A stretch of DNA of 42,496 nucleotides from Candidatus Wolfebacteria bacterium (GCA_027350645.1 DAIEKJ010000001.1:1-42496), one strand, 5' to 3'; shown: positions 14,752 through 24,240, counted from the stretch's first letter. Notes: a model not told the origin generated them from the sequence alone. Program-made: numbers and translations.

Positions 14752-16029
14752 TTACGGCTTTGTGGTGGACGAGACCGACGGAACAATGGTTACGCCCTTA
14801 GGCGAGAGTGACACAAATGAAAAACTCTGGGGATACCGCGCGTTGCCCTGCGTCAATCCGACGTAGTAGTACGGCTTATACGGTTCCTTCAAAAAAGTAC
14901 TCGCATCAACAACAACCCGCACCGTGCTGGGATCCAATAGCCTGAAATCTCCCTCCGCGCCCGAAAGGGAAAGCGATGCTTCGGTGGGCTGGATCCGATC
15001 GATCGTCATGCCGGGAGGGACATTGGCAACCTCGATATGCACATCAAAGTCACGCTGCGTTATGGCAAGGTTTGGGTATGTTAAAAATAGCCACAGCGAA
15101 GCAGACATAACAAGCGCGATCAAGGCATCGGCGCCCACACCCCGCAGAACGCGATGCCAGACGGCCGGCGTCCGATTGCCTGCCATATTTCCATTTTCAT
15201 CCAAAAATTCACGCAATGCCCCGACAAGATCCGCCTCGGTACGCATGAGCCTGGCCTCGCCGTCCCGGAATACCGTCACTTCTCCCCGCTCTTCGGAAAC
15301 CACCAGACAGAGCGCGTCACTGCGTTCGGAAAGTCCTAACGCCGAACGATGGCGCGTGCCGAATTTTTTAAACTGAGAGACGCCCTCCTTGTCAGACAAA
15401 GGAAGAAAAACGCCGAACTTTTTAATACTGTCTCCGTCAACAATCACCGCGCCGTCATGACCGGGAGAAGACGTATCAAAGATGCTGAGCAACAGCTGTT
15501 CGGATATTTTTCCATCAAGATCGACTCCCTCGGCGACAGACCCTTCAATTGATTCCTTTCCAGGGAAGACTATGAGCGCGCCCGTTTTTGACGCCGACAA
15601 AATCCAGGCGGTATGCGCGATCATTTCAACGGCGTCGCGCTGATGACGCGGGACGAAAACATCCTTGATCCGTGCGGGAATATTGGCCAGACGCCGCACA
15701 TTTATCAGCTCGAAAAAACGCCGCAACTCCTTCTGAAAAACGATGGCGAGAATAATAACAATGTTAGCTAACAACAATTTCAAGATGCGCACCAGCGTGG
15801 AGAGTCCAAACCAGTAGGAGGCCGCATAGATCACCACGACCACGACCAAAACCGTTACCGCCATGGAAATGGTTTTTGTCCGTTTAAACAAGCGGAGGAT
15901 GATAAACAAAAAAACAGCCGTCGCAATAATGTCGGCGCTGTCAGCGACATTCAGCAGTCCCCACATACCCCCGGCGGAAAACGCCGATGCGGACAACCAC
16001 GCGCTCAACGGACTCATAAACGAACCCAT
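14752..16029 (-). CDS. cdaA: Diadenylate cyclase CdaA fused to a C-terminal TM plus YbbR-like domain
   Basis: Three N-terminal TM helices. DAC domain (GALIVF..., SPGHDGAVIV, GTRHRSALGLSERSDALCLVVSEERGEV). Then a further TM (ALIALVMSASLWLFLTYP) and a YbbR-type beta domain (VHIEVANVPPGMTIDRIQPTEASLSLSGAEGDF). Confidence 0.8.
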   Translation of the reverse strand: MGSFMSPLSAWLSASAFSAGGMWGLLNVADSADIIATAVFLFIILRLFKRTKTISMAVTVLVVVVVIYAASYWFGLSTLVRILKLLLANIVIILAIVFQKELRRFFELINVRRLANIPARIKDVFVPRHQRDAVEMIAHTAWILSASKTGALIVFPGKESIEGSVAEGVDLDGKISEQLLLSIFDTSSPGHDGAVIVDGDSIKKFGVFLPLSDKEGVSQFKKFGTRHRSALGLSERSDALCLVVSEERGEVTVFRDGEARLMRTEADLVGALREFLDENGNMAGNRTPAVWHRVLRGVGADALIALVMSASLWLFLTYPNLAITQRDFDVHIEVANVPPGMTIDRIQPTEASLSLSGAEGDFRLLDPSTVRVVVDASTFLKEPYKPYYYVGLTQGNARYPQSFSFVSLSPKGVTIVPSVSSTTKP

Positions 16030-16092
16030 GCCGCCAGTATACTACGGGCAAAAATCAAATGCCACCCATCCGACACGCCGCGCCAACCGCCT

Positions 16093-16848
16093 TTACGTCA
16101 GCACGCGCCTGCCATGACTGGTCAGCGCAATAGTATGTTCAAAATGAGCCGTCATACTGCCATCGGCTGAGGAGTAACTTTCGTCGTCGTTCTGAACGAT
16201 GTCGGGCGAGGACACCGCAAGCATTGGTTCGATGGCGATAACCATCCCCTCCTTAAGAACCGGGCCGGCATGGCGTTTTCCATAATTAAAAATGACCGGA
16301 TCTTCGTGTAATTCATATCCGACGCCATGGCCGGTAAGTCCGCGCAAAACAAAAAATCCGTCCTTGCGCGCCTGCCGTTCGACGGCATAACCAATATCGC
16401 CCACATGCCCGCCAACTTTTGTAGCGGCAATACCGGCTTCAAGCGCCGAGCGAGTCGACGCGATGAGCCGGCGGGTAAGAGGAGCCACCGGGCCGATAGC
16501 CACCGTCGTGGCCGAATCGGTATACAATCCTTGATAGATAACGCCCATATCAATCTTTAACACATCGCCCGAACGCAACTGCCGGTGATACGGCACACCG
16601 TGCACCACCACATCGTTGAGCGACGCGCACACCGCCGCCGGATATGGATGACTGGCCCCGTCAGGACGATATCCCAGAAACGCCGGCTCGACGCCGTATT
16701 TTTTGCACAAGGCGCGCGCCGTAGCATCGATATCCAGCAACGTAACGCCGGGCGCGGCGAGTGCGGCGCAGGCGCGCAAAATAGTAGCCAGCACCGCGCC
16801 TCCCTGAGCCATCACGTCGATTTCGGATTCGGTTTTAATTGGAATCAT
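16093..16848 (-). CDS. map: Methionine aminopeptidase type I
   Basis: Pita-bread fold metal ligands (DIGV-type KIDMGV, GHGVG, AIEPM, EHTI). Start trimmed to the ATG at 16848, which overlaps the adk stop (ATGA). The longer ORF to 17097 overlaps adk. Confidence 0.88.
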   Translation of the reverse strand: MIPIKTESEIDVMAQGGAVLATILRACAALAAPGVTLLDIDATARALCKKYGVEPAFLGYRPDGASHPYPAAVCASLNDVVVHGVPYHRQLRSGDVLKIDMGVIYQGLYTDSATTVAIGPVAPLTRRLIASTRSALEAGIAATKVGGHVGDIGYAVERQARKDGFFVLRGLTGHGVGYELHEDPVIFNYGKRHAGPVLKEGMVIAIEPMLAVSSPDIVQNDDESYSSADGSMTAHFEHTIALTSHGRRVLT

Positions 16849-17543
16849 GAAATTTTCCGCATAAGCGATCTGAAAACTTCGTATGGCAGCCGGCTCCCAT
16901 CCACGCGCGCGACGGTCATTTTGTGCGCGCGCAGAGCATTGAAAATAGGTTCGGTACGCTGACGATACTGCTCCATGCGCATCGCAATCACCCCCGCCGC
17001 ATCGTCGGTGCGGCGCATGAGCGGCGCGGCGCAAAACGGACAACGAGATAAACGACGATGCACCAGCCCAAGAATCGGCGACCCGCAGACCGAACAAATT
17101 TGCCGGCTGGCATTGCGTTTCTTTGCATCGGCAATCGGGACCGCGAGTTCAAAAAAATAAACGTTTTTCTTTCCGTACAAACGCATCAAATCATCAACCA
17201 GTCCGCGATGACGCGCATCTCCGAATGCCTCATACGCCGTGCGCGGAGATCCTGAAAAAACCAAACCGCTTCCGATAGTCGCAATCTGCTCCGCCTTGGA
17301 CGCCACGGCATCCAAAACGAACGACGGCGTCATCAACTTTCCCGCATCATAGAGCGCGCGCTCGCGCTTGACGATGGCATTGGTCTGCCGGTGCGGATCG
17401 TGCACAACGCTCTCTAAAAAACGTCCGGTGTCAAAAAGATACAAATGCTGGGCATCGGCGATCAGCCGCGCCTGCGTGCTTTTGCCCGAACCCGGAGGAC
17501 CAAATATGATGACCGCTTTTTTATATGTCGGCGAATGCGCCAT
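16845..17543 (-). CDS. adk: Adenylate kinase (zinc-lid type)
   Basis: P-loop GPPGSGKSTQ. Cys4 lid CSVCG...CPFCAAPLMRRTDD. Position secY-adk-map. Confidence 0.88.
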   Translation of the reverse strand: MAHSPTYKKAVIIFGPPGSGKSTQARLIADAQHLYLFDTGRFLESVVHDPHRQTNAIVKRERALYDAGKLMTPSFVLDAVASKAEQIATIGSGLVFSGSPRTAYEAFGDARHRGLVDDLMRLYGKKNVYFFELAVPIADAKKRNASRQICSVCGSPILGLVHRRLSRCPFCAAPLMRRTDDAAGVIAMRMEQYRQRTEPIFNALRAHKMTVARVDGSRLPYEVFRSLMRKIS

Positions 17544-17566
17544 GAAACGGCAGGAAGGAGAATGCG

Positions 17567-18841
17567 TTATTCAAACCCTTCGTACTCTCTCATTATAAGC
17601 TGCGCGTTCACTTTGTCTAATATTTCCAAGGCAACCGAAACGACGATTAAGAGCGCCGTGCCGCCAATAGACAAGATAGAGATGCCGGTAATAATCATCA
17701 TAATGTTGGGCAGAATGGCGATGAGTCCCAAAAAGATAGCACCCCAAAGCGTTACTCGCGTGATGATTTTGTTGAGATATTCCGTCGTCGGCTCGCCGGG
17801 GCGGATGCCCAGCATAAATCCCCCAGACCGCTGCAGGTTTTTTGATATCTCTCCCGGATCGAAGGTGACAGCGGTATAGAAGTAGGTAAAGAGCACCACC
17901 AACACAAAATACACGCTGGCGTAAATCCATTGATTGTTAAAAAGCGTATTCACCCATCCCACCAGCGTCACGGACCATGTTTTTGAAAAAAGCGCAAACG
18001 CCTGCGCGATAAATTGCGGGAAAAGGAGAACCGAAATAGCAAAGATAATCGGAATAACGCCGGCCTGATTCACCTTGATGGGCAGATAACTGGAAACACC
18101 GCCATATAATTTATTGCCGCGCACTCGTTTGGCATAGGTAATGGGAATCTTGCGCTCCCCTTCGTTGACAAACACCACACCCGCGATAACCAGCACCGCC
18201 ACCAAAACAAACGCCGCATAGCTGGTCAGCATCGTCACGTCAAACGAAGCCACCATCCGCTGGATAGTTGTCGGAATACGGCTCACAATTCCCGCAAAAA
18301 TGATGATGGAAACGCCGTTGCCGATGTTTTGCTCGGTAATCAAATCACCGATCCACGTCAGCACCATTGACCCGGCGGCGATAATCAGCGCATCGCGCAA
18401 AAGCGCCAGTCCGGAAATTTGCGGCAGAATCTGTTGGGAGGCAAGTAAATTAAGAAAGCCGTATCCTTCCAAAAAGGCCAACGGCACCGTCAAGTATTTT
18501 GAAATACGATTGAATTTTGCCATCCCCGTCGCTCCCTCTTCAAAATACATTTCCTTGAGCTTGGGGAAGATCATCGTCAGCAACTGCATGACGATGGTGG
18601 CGGTAATATACGGCCCCACCGTCAGCATCACGATAGAAACATTGGAAAGTCCGCCTCCAGAAAAAATATCAAGAAAACCGAACAGCTGGTTGCCGGCCAA
18701 AAACAGCCGCAACCGCCCCAGGTCGACATCGGGAATAGGAATGGCCGCCAGCAGACGAAAAACAACCAGCCACAGCAAAACAAACAGCACTCGCGTGCGC
18801 AGATCCTTCACCCGGAAAATGCTTGCAACCTTTTCAAACAT
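17567..18841 (-). CDS. secY: Preprotein translocase subunit SecY
   Basis: Ten-TM SecY pattern (LGRLRLF...SIVMLTVGPYITATI, GERKI...YAKRV). Follows rplO. Confidence 0.92.
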   Translation of the reverse strand: MFEKVASIFRVKDLRTRVLFVLLWLVVFRLLAAIPIPDVDLGRLRLFLAGNQLFGFLDIFSGGGLSNVSIVMLTVGPYITATIVMQLLTMIFPKLKEMYFEEGATGMAKFNRISKYLTVPLAFLEGYGFLNLLASQQILPQISGLALLRDALIIAAGSMVLTWIGDLITEQNIGNGVSIIIFAGIVSRIPTTIQRMVASFDVTMLTSYAAFVLVAVLVIAGVVFVNEGERKIPITYAKRVRGNKLYGGVSSYLPIKVNQAGVIPIIFAISVLLFPQFIAQAFALFSKTWSVTLVGWVNTLFNNQWIYASVYFVLVVLFTYFYTAVTFDPGEISKNLQRSGGFMLGIRPGEPTTEYLNKIITRVTLWGAIFLGLIAILPNIMMIITGISILSIGGTALLIVVSVALEILDKVNAQLIMREYEGFE

Positions 18842-18852
18842 ACGTAAGAAAT

Positions 18853-19275
18853 TTATTCTTTGGCGGTTATTTTTCCACCCGCCTTTTCAATGAGGACTTT
18901 GGCGCCGGCCGTGCACGGGATGGCAATAATTGTTTTTGCTCCCGTTAACGGTTTTCCAGCGACAATTTTTGGAAGTTCCTTACTGCGAATAACGCCAGCG
19001 GCAACCAACGCCGCATGATCAATCCGTTCGGCTGTTACCGCGTTGAGACGATCGGTTTTTATAACTGAATAAGCGGCAGTAACCGTCTTGTTGGCATATC
19101 CGCGAAGTTTAGGCGTACGGATCAAAACATCGCGCAATCCCGGACGTATATTGTGTCCGGCCCGCGCCTTCTGGCCTTTCTGCCCGCGGCCGGAATACGT
19201 TCCCCGCTTGCCGCCGCGGCCTATTCTTTTTTCTGCCCGCCGTGCATGCGCGGGACGAAGCGTATGAATCTGCAT
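18853..19275 (-). CDS. rplO: 50S ribosomal protein uL15
   Basis: RIGRGGKRGTYSGRGQKGQKAR N-terminus. spc-operon position before secY. Confidence 0.9.
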   Translation of the reverse strand: MQIHTLRPAHARRAEKRIGRGGKRGTYSGRGQKGQKARAGHNIRPGLRDVLIRTPKLRGYANKTVTAAYSVIKTDRLNAVTAERIDHAALVAAGVIRSKELPKIVAGKPLTGAKTIIAIPCTAGAKVLIEKAGGKITAKE

Positions 19276-19280
19276 AGATC

Positions 19281-19748
19281 TTACAACAACTGGCGCAACG
19301 CTTCCGCCGCCGCCAGCGCGTTTGTTAATTTGTTTTTTGTGCGACCCAATGATTTCGCGGTTGCGTCGGTAATGCCCGCCATGGACAACACCGTGCGCAC
19401 CGATCCTCCCGCTTTCAATCCCGATCCTTTCTGCGCCGGTTTGATAATAACCTTGGCCGCGCTGAACTTTGCCCCCACTTCGTGCGCGATCGTCGTCCCC
19501 TTTAGGGGAACGCGGAAAAGGTGCTTTTTAGCGTCATTGCGGGCCTTGTCCATTGCCTGCGCGACATCCTTTCCCTTTGCAATACCCACTCCCACCTTCC
19601 CCTTCTCGTCGCCGATAATCAGCGTGCAGCGGAACGAAAAACGCTTGCCTCCCGCCATGACGCGGGCGACGCGGCGCAAATCAATGGTGCGCTCTTTGTA
19701 TTCGCTCTTGGGCTGCATCGGCCGTTCTCTTCGCTTTTGATTCATCAT
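19281..19748 (-). CDS. rpsE: 30S ribosomal protein uS5
   Basis: RVARVMAGGKRFSFRCTLIIGDEKGKVGVGIAKGKDV and the C-terminal GITD...LG motif. Position after rplR. Confidence 0.9.
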   Translation of the reverse strand: MMNQKRRERPMQPKSEYKERTIDLRRVARVMAGGKRFSFRCTLIIGDEKGKVGVGIAKGKDVAQAMDKARNDAKKHLFRVPLKGTTIAHEVGAKFSAAKVIIKPAQKGSGLKAGGSVRTVLSMAGITDATAKSLGRTKNKLTNALAAAEALRQLL

Positions 19749-19754
19749 AGGTGG

Positions 19755-20132
19755 TTAAATGCGTATCCCCTCCTTGCGGATCGCTTCGGTAAATGTTTTT
19801 ACAAATCCGTGGTAACGCAACGCTCCCCGATCAAGCACCGCCGAAACAATCGCGCTCTTCTTAGCCTGCGCCGCCAGTTCGGTTGCCAGCTTCTGCGCCA
19901 ACGCACCGCCGGTTACTCGCGCCGCGGAGGCCTTGGCCCCGGCTTTTTTAGCCCCGTAATCGGAAACGCTGGCTAGTGTTTTTCCATCCCCATCGTCAAT
20001 CAGTTGCACAAAAACATGGGCATTGCTGCGGAAAATGCTGATGCGCGGCCGTTGCGCCGTGCCGACGATGCGCGCATGCACGCGACGGGCGCGACGTTCT
20101 TTCTTTTCGTTGTAAGCTTTCTGTTGCGTCAT
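19755..20132 (-). CDS. rplR: 50S ribosomal protein uL18
   Basis: RPRISIFRSNAHVFVQLIDD ... DRGALRYHGFVKTFTEAIRKEG. spc-operon order. Confidence 0.9.
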   Translation of the reverse strand: MTQQKAYNEKKERRARRVHARIVGTAQRPRISIFRSNAHVFVQLIDDGDGKTLASVSDYGAKKAGAKASAARVTGGALAQKLATELAAQAKKSAIVSAVLDRGALRYHGFVKTFTEAIRKEGIRI

Positions 20133-20141
20133 ATGATTCTA

Positions 20142-20684
20142 TTATTTACCGGCGCCCGCCTTTTTGCCGGCCTTGCGACGGATAACTTCTCCGGCATAGC
20201 GAATACCCTTGCCCAAATACGGTTCGGGTTTCTTGATCTTCCTTATTTTAGCGGCAGTCTGCCCGACCATCTGCTTATCAATGCCGGTTATCGTGATTTT
20301 ATTTTTATCAACCGCAATCAACGTGCCTTGAGGAACCGGGAAAATAACCGGATGCGAAAAACCGACTTTCAACTGAAGCGCACTGCCTTCAACCGCCGCT
20401 TTAAATCCAATCCCTTCAATCTCAAGCGTTTTTGAATATCCATTCGTCACTCCTTCAATGGCGCCGGCCAAAAGCGAGCGCGCCGTCCCCCAGTTCATGC
20501 GCGTCTGCACCTTTTCGTTAACCGGCTGAAAGACCGCTTCCTGACCGGAAACGGTTATTTCAACACCGTCCATTTTAGGGACGCGCAATGTTCCCTTGGG
20601 TCCAGCCACGACAATGTGTCCGTCCTGAAATTCGAGCGTGACGCCCGCGGGAATGGTAATTGGTTTTTTTCCGATTTTTGACAT
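20142..20684 (-). CDS. rplF: 50S ribosomal protein uL6
   Basis: MSKIGKKPITIPAGV start (ATG verified at 20684; the longer ORF to 20768 overlaps rpsH). KGIRYAGEVIRRKAGK tail. Confidence 0.9.
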   Translation of the reverse strand: MSKIGKKPITIPAGVTLEFQDGHIVVAGPKGTLRVPKMDGVEITVSGQEAVFQPVNEKVQTRMNWGTARSLLAGAIEGVTNGYSKTLEIEGIGFKAAVEGSALQLKVGFSHPVIFPVPQGTLIAVDKNKITITGIDKQMVGQTAAKIRKIKKPEPYLGKGIRYAGEVIRRKAGKKAGAGK

Positions 20685-20709
20685 AGGTTGATAGTGAGTG
20701 ACGATACGA

Positions 20710-21090
20710 TTACCAAATAGTGAAGAGCACTTGTCCTCCGACTTTTTCCTTTCGGGCAGTGGCCCCATCCATAACGCCCTTCGACGTCGTCAGCACCGCA
20801 ATTCCGTGTCCCTGTTTCACCGATGGAATTTTCGTATAGGGAACGTACACGCGGCGTCCGGGAGTGCTGGCTATTTTAATGCCCCCCACGGCTCCCGTGC
20901 CGTTCTTATAGGAAAGCGCGATATCAAAATATCGTTTTGGATTTTTGCCTTTGCGCTCAAACCCCGCAATAAGGCGATGCGCTGCCAGCACATTTAAGAC
21001 CCCCTCGTCCAATGCCGCATACGGCGTCTTAAAACGCTCCTTGCCGACCCCCTGCGCATTTTTCAATTCTGTGAGAAGACGAATATACAT
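20710..21090 (-). CDS. rpsH: 30S ribosomal protein uS8
   Basis: uS8 C-terminal HGIAVLTTSKGVM...GGQVL. The track ORF starts on a TTG at 21099, overlapping rpsZ. The ATG at 21090 lies 2 nt after the rpsZ stop. Confidence 0.88.
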   Translation of the reverse strand: MYIRLLTELKNAQGVGKERFKTPYAALDEGVLNVLAAHRLIAGFERKGKNPKRYFDIALSYKNGTGAVGGIKIASTPGRRVYVPYTKIPSVKQGHGIAVLTTSKGVMDGATARKEKVGGQVLFTIW

Positions 21091-21092
21091 AC

Positions 21093-21278
21093 TTACCAAG
21101 ATGATTTTTTAATACCGGGAATCTCTCCGCGCGACGCCATTTCTCGGAAGCAGATTCTGCATAAATCAAAATCCCGCAGATAGCCGTGCTTGCGACCGCA
21201 GCGAAAACATCGGCGGACGATGCGCGTTGAAAATTTTGGCGTCTTCTTTGACCGTGCAATGACTGATTTCTTTGCCAT
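21093..21278 (-). CDS. rpsZ: 30S ribosomal protein uS14, zinc-binding type Z (61 aa)
   Basis: [20 protein letters not shown] Cys4 motif. Between rplE and rpsH. Confidence 0.9.
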   Translation of the reverse strand: MAKKSVIARSKKTPKFSTRIVRRCFRCGRKHGYLRDFDLCRICFREMASRGEIPGIKKSSW

Positions 21279-21283
21279 ACGTA

Positions 21284-21856
21284 TTATTTCTTCTTAAAGA
21301 GAAAGCCCATTTTTTTATAGAGGGCGATCGCATCATCGCGCGTCCGGGCATGCGCAACACACGTCACCTGCAACCCAAAATTAACCGATGACGCATCTTG
21401 GCTGATTTCAGGAAACACGACGTGTTCACGAAAGCCAAAGTTGAGATTACCGTTTTTGTCGACGTTTTTCAAGTCGATGCCTTTAAAATCGCGTACCCGC
21501 GGAAAAGTTATCTTGACGATCTTGTCCAGAAAAGCATACATCCGCGATCCGCGCATAGTCACCTGCAGCCCGACCACTTGTCCCTGACGCAATTTAAAAC
21601 CGGCAATTGACTTCTTCGCCCCCCGCGGCGCGGGATGCTGGCCGGTGATAGCGGACAATTCCTTGATGATTTCCGGGAGAATCTTGTCAGAAAAATTAGC
21701 CGCTTGGCCGGCGCGTCCAACGCCGACGTTAACAACGACTTTCTGAATGCGCGGCGTGGCATGCACATTCTTTAAATGCAACTCGCGCCCCAATGCCGGA
21801 GCGATTTCCTTCGTATATGATTCTTTAAGCGTAGTATTTTTCATACGTTCGTACAT
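21284..21856 (-). CDS. rplE: 50S ribosomal protein uL5
   Basis: [13 protein letters not shown]..., [13 protein letters not shown] motifs. An alternative start is the ATG at 21844 ([10 protein letters not shown]). Confidence 0.9.
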   Translation of the reverse strand: MYERMKNTTLKESYTKEIAPALGRELHLKNVHATPRIQKVVVNVGVGRAGQAANFSDKILPEIIKELSAITGQHPAPRGAKKSIAGFKLRQGQVVGLQVTMRGSRMYAFLDKIVKITFPRVRDFKGIDLKNVDKNGNLNFGFREHVVFPEISQDASSVNFGLQVTCVAHARTRDDAIALYKKMGFLFKKK

Positions 21857-21862
21857 CAGCCA

Positions 21863-22177
21863 TTAGATCTGCGCGCCGCACCGCTTGCAGACGCGTTCCT
21901 TCTTCCCCTGCGTGACGCGCATCCCGATACGAGACGCTTTGCCGCACGACGGACAGACAACCTGCGCATTGGAAATTTGCAGCGGACGCGGCACAATTAC
22001 TTTCTGCCCTTTTTCATTCGTGCTCTTCGGCTTCACGTGCTTGGTATACAAATTAATCCCCTCAACCAAAACCCGCGCCTGGACCGGATAGGTCTTGAGC
22101 ACCTTGCCGGTTTTTCCCCGATCCTTGCCGGCGATAATTTTTACCGTATCGCCTTTTTTTATAATAAATGTCTGCAT
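21863..22177 (-). CDS. rplX: 50S ribosomal protein uL24 (with C-terminal CxxC...CxxC)
   Basis: KKGDTVKIIAGKDRGKTGKVLK KOW motif. C-terminus CPSCGKASRIG...CKRCG. Confidence 0.9.
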   Translation of the reverse strand: MQTFIIKKGDTVKIIAGKDRGKTGKVLKTYPVQARVLVEGINLYTKHVKPKSTNEKGQKVIVPRPLQISNAQVVCPSCGKASRIGMRVTQGKKERVCKRCGAQI

Positions 22178-22189
22178 ATGCGTACGGTA

Positions 22190-22558
22190 TTAAACAATAT
22201 CCTGAACCATTGTTGCTATTTTTTCAAAACCCCGCTCTTTTATCTCGCGCGGCACCGGACCAAAAATGCGCGTCCCCCGCGGTTCCTTCTTGGCGTCAAT
22301 CAATACGGCGGCATTCTCATCAAAACGAATGTAGGAACCATCGCGCCGGCGAATCGCATTGCGCTGACGCACAACGACTGCTTTGACAATGTCTTTTTTG
22401 GCAACGCCCTTGCGCGGCTCAGCGGTCTGAACGGAAGCGACGATAATATCGCCGATCTGCGCGTAGTGCCGGCCGGTGCCTCCCAAGATGCGAAAACAGC
22501 GGATGGTCTTGGCGCCCGAGTTGTCGGCAACTTTAAGAATGGATCGTTCTTGAATCAT
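22190..22558 (-). CDS. rplN: 50S ribosomal protein uL14
   Basis: [17 protein letters not shown] ... near-universal uL14 sequence. Confidence 0.93.
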   Translation of the reverse strand: MIQERSILKVADNSGAKTIRCFRILGGTGRHYAQIGDIIVASVQTAEPRKGVAKKDIVKAVVVRQRNAIRRRDGSYIRFDENAAVLIDAKKEPRGTRIFGPVPREIKERGFEKIATMVQDIV

Positions 22559-22575
22559 ATCGTTTTTTTCGCGTG

Positions 22576-22902
22576 TTATGAGGTAGCTTCTTCGTCAGTC
22601 CCGGCGTCGCCGAGGGTATCACCAACGGGAGGAACCGGAGCCGAACCGATACGCTCGACAATTATCCACCGTTTGCGCGCCGAAAGCGGACGCGTTTCTT
22701 CGATGACAACCACATCCCCCCGATGATACGCGTTCTGTTCGTCATGCGCAGCAAAGCGCGTCGTCACCGTGTAATATTTCTGATACCGCGGATGTTTTTT
22801 GGCGCGATCAACGGCAACCACGCGCGTTTTCTGCATCGCGTCGGAAACGACCGTTCCGGTCAATCGCCGTTTATTTGTTTGTGATGATGCGGTGTTATTC
22901 AT
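22576..22902 (-). CDS. rpsQ: 30S ribosomal protein uS17
   Basis: [18 protein letters not shown]...KKHPRYQKY...HDE...[16 protein letters not shown] at 22902 overlaps the rpmC stop by 8 nt. Has an acidic C-terminal extension. Confidence 0.88.
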   Translation of the reverse strand: MNNTASSQTNKRRLTGTVVSDAMQKTRVVAVDRAKKHPRYQKYYTVTTRFAAHDEQNAYHRGDVVVIEETRPLSARKRWIIVERIGSAPVPPVGDTLGDAGTDEEATS

Positions 22903-23095
22903 GTTTTCTTTGGCTGATAATCGTTGAAATGAAAGCAATCTCTTTCTTGGCCGCGCGCAAATCTTTCAGATTCGCCGTCTTGCCCGCGCGCAAATCAAAC
23001 CGCATCTGCGAGAGCTTTTCCTGAGCGGCGCGCCGCAGGATATGCAGTTCGTCGGTCGTTTTGCTGATAATTGTTTTTTGTGCGTCTTTTTTCAT
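22895..23095 (-). CDS. rpmC: 50S ribosomal protein uL29
   Basis: 66-aa helical protein (LRRAAQEKLSQMRFDLRAGKTANLKDLRAAKKEIA) between rplP and rpsQ. Confidence 0.88.
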   Translation of the reverse strand: MKKDAQKTIISKTTDELHILRRAAQEKLSQMRFDLRAGKTANLKDLRAAKKEIAFISTIISQRKHE

Positions 23096-23144
23096 ACCTG
23101 CGTTGCGTGCCTTATTCTAACGAAAAAATGCTTTTTGTCAAAAA

Positions 23145-23555
23145 TTACTTTTTAATAATCCGACACTTCACCGGCATCTTGAAAGCGGCGCGACGCAAGG
23201 CATCCATCGCCACCTTTTCAGGAAGACCGTCAACTTCATACAAAACCCGACCCGGCTTGACTGGAAACGCGTAGTGATCAACGGCTCCCTTTCCGCCTCC
23301 CATCGTCAGTTCCGGCGGCCGCTGGGAAATCGGCTTATCGGGGAAAATGCGGATCCACATCTTGCCGCCGCGCTTTGTTAAATGCGTAATCGCCTTGCGA
23401 CCGGCTTCAAGCTGTTTTGAATCGACGTACGCCATGGACATTGCCTGAAGGCCATACGATCCGAAATGCAGCTGCGTGCCGCGCGTTTCAACAGAACGCT
23501 TTTTTGAACGTCCCTTTTGACCCTTCCGATGTTTTGTTCTCTTTGGTGCTAACAT
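23145..23555 (-). CDS. rplP: 50S ribosomal protein uL16
   Basis: MLAPKRTKHRKGQKGR ... GGKMWIRIFPDKP ... KGAVDHYA motifs. Confidence 0.92.
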   Translation of the reverse strand: MLAPKRTKHRKGQKGRSKKRSVETRGTQLHFGSYGLQAMSMAYVDSKQLEAGRKAITHLTKRGGKMWIRIFPDKPISQRPPELTMGGGKGAVDHYAFPVKPGRVLYEVDGLPEKVAMDALRRAAFKMPVKCRIIKK

Positions 23556-23563
23556 ACTCGGAA

Positions 23564-24232
23564 TTATTTCTTAAATACGTCCCCTTTATAAATCCACACC
23601 TTGATGCCAATGGTGCCATATGTCGTAAACGCCGTCGCCTCCGCATAATCAATGTCGGCGCGCAATGTCTGCAAAGGCAGACTACCCGACGACAATTGTT
23701 CGACGCGGGCTATTTCGGCGCCGTCCAGACGTCCGCCGACTTTAATTTTGGCTCCGCGTACGCCCTTGGTTTGCATAACCCGCTCAAGATATTTTTTAAT
23801 CGTGCGGCGATACGGCATGCGTTTTTCAAAATCCCAGGCGATGCTCTGCGCGGTCACGCGGGCAGAAACTTCATAGCGCTTCACCTCATCAATGGTGATG
23901 CTAAGAGCGATTTTCTCTTTTAGCCCCGCCTTTTTACGGAACGCGGCCAGCTCGGACTCCAACAAATGAGTCAATTCTTCCACGCCCTTGCCGCCGCGGC
24001 CGATAACCAGACCCGGTTTGGCGACCCGGATAATGATTTTATAGTTATGGACGGTTTTTTCAACAACAATCGAATCGATTCCGGCGGGACCGATCTTTGC
24101 AGTAATGAGACGGCGCAACAGCGCGTCTTCCTGCAACATCACGCCAAACTTGAACCGCTTGGGGAACCACCGCGATGTCCATTCCTTGGTAACGCCAAGC
24201 CGTAATATTGTTGGTTTTATTTTTTGAGCCAT
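23564..24232 (-). CDS. rpsC: 30S ribosomal protein uS3
   Basis: MAQKIKPTILRLGV..W.SRWF, KH domain (PGLVIGRGGKGVEEL), GRLDGAEIAR. Confidence 0.92.
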   Translation of the reverse strand: MAQKIKPTILRLGVTKEWTSRWFPKRFKFGVMLQEDALLRRLITAKIGPAGIDSIVVEKTVHNYKIIIRVAKPGLVIGRGGKGVEELTHLLESELAAFRKKAGLKEKIALSITIDEVKRYEVSARVTAQSIAWDFEKRMPYRRTIKKYLERVMQTKGVRGAKIKVGGRLDGAEIARVEQLSSGSLPLQTLRADIDYAEATAFTTYGTIGIKVWIYKGDVFKK

Positions 24233-24240
24233 ACTCGTGA

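Noticed and set aside
13977-17097. Long N-terminal extensions of the GT2 (to 14786), map (to 17097), rplF (to 20768), rpsQ (to 22938), rplC (to 27692) and rpsF (to 32178) ORFs
   Set aside because: Each extension overlaps the upstream gene or adds non-homologous residues before a canonical family N-terminus. Internal ATGs were verified in the sequence and give tight or overlapping gene junctions, consistent with the rest of the cluster.
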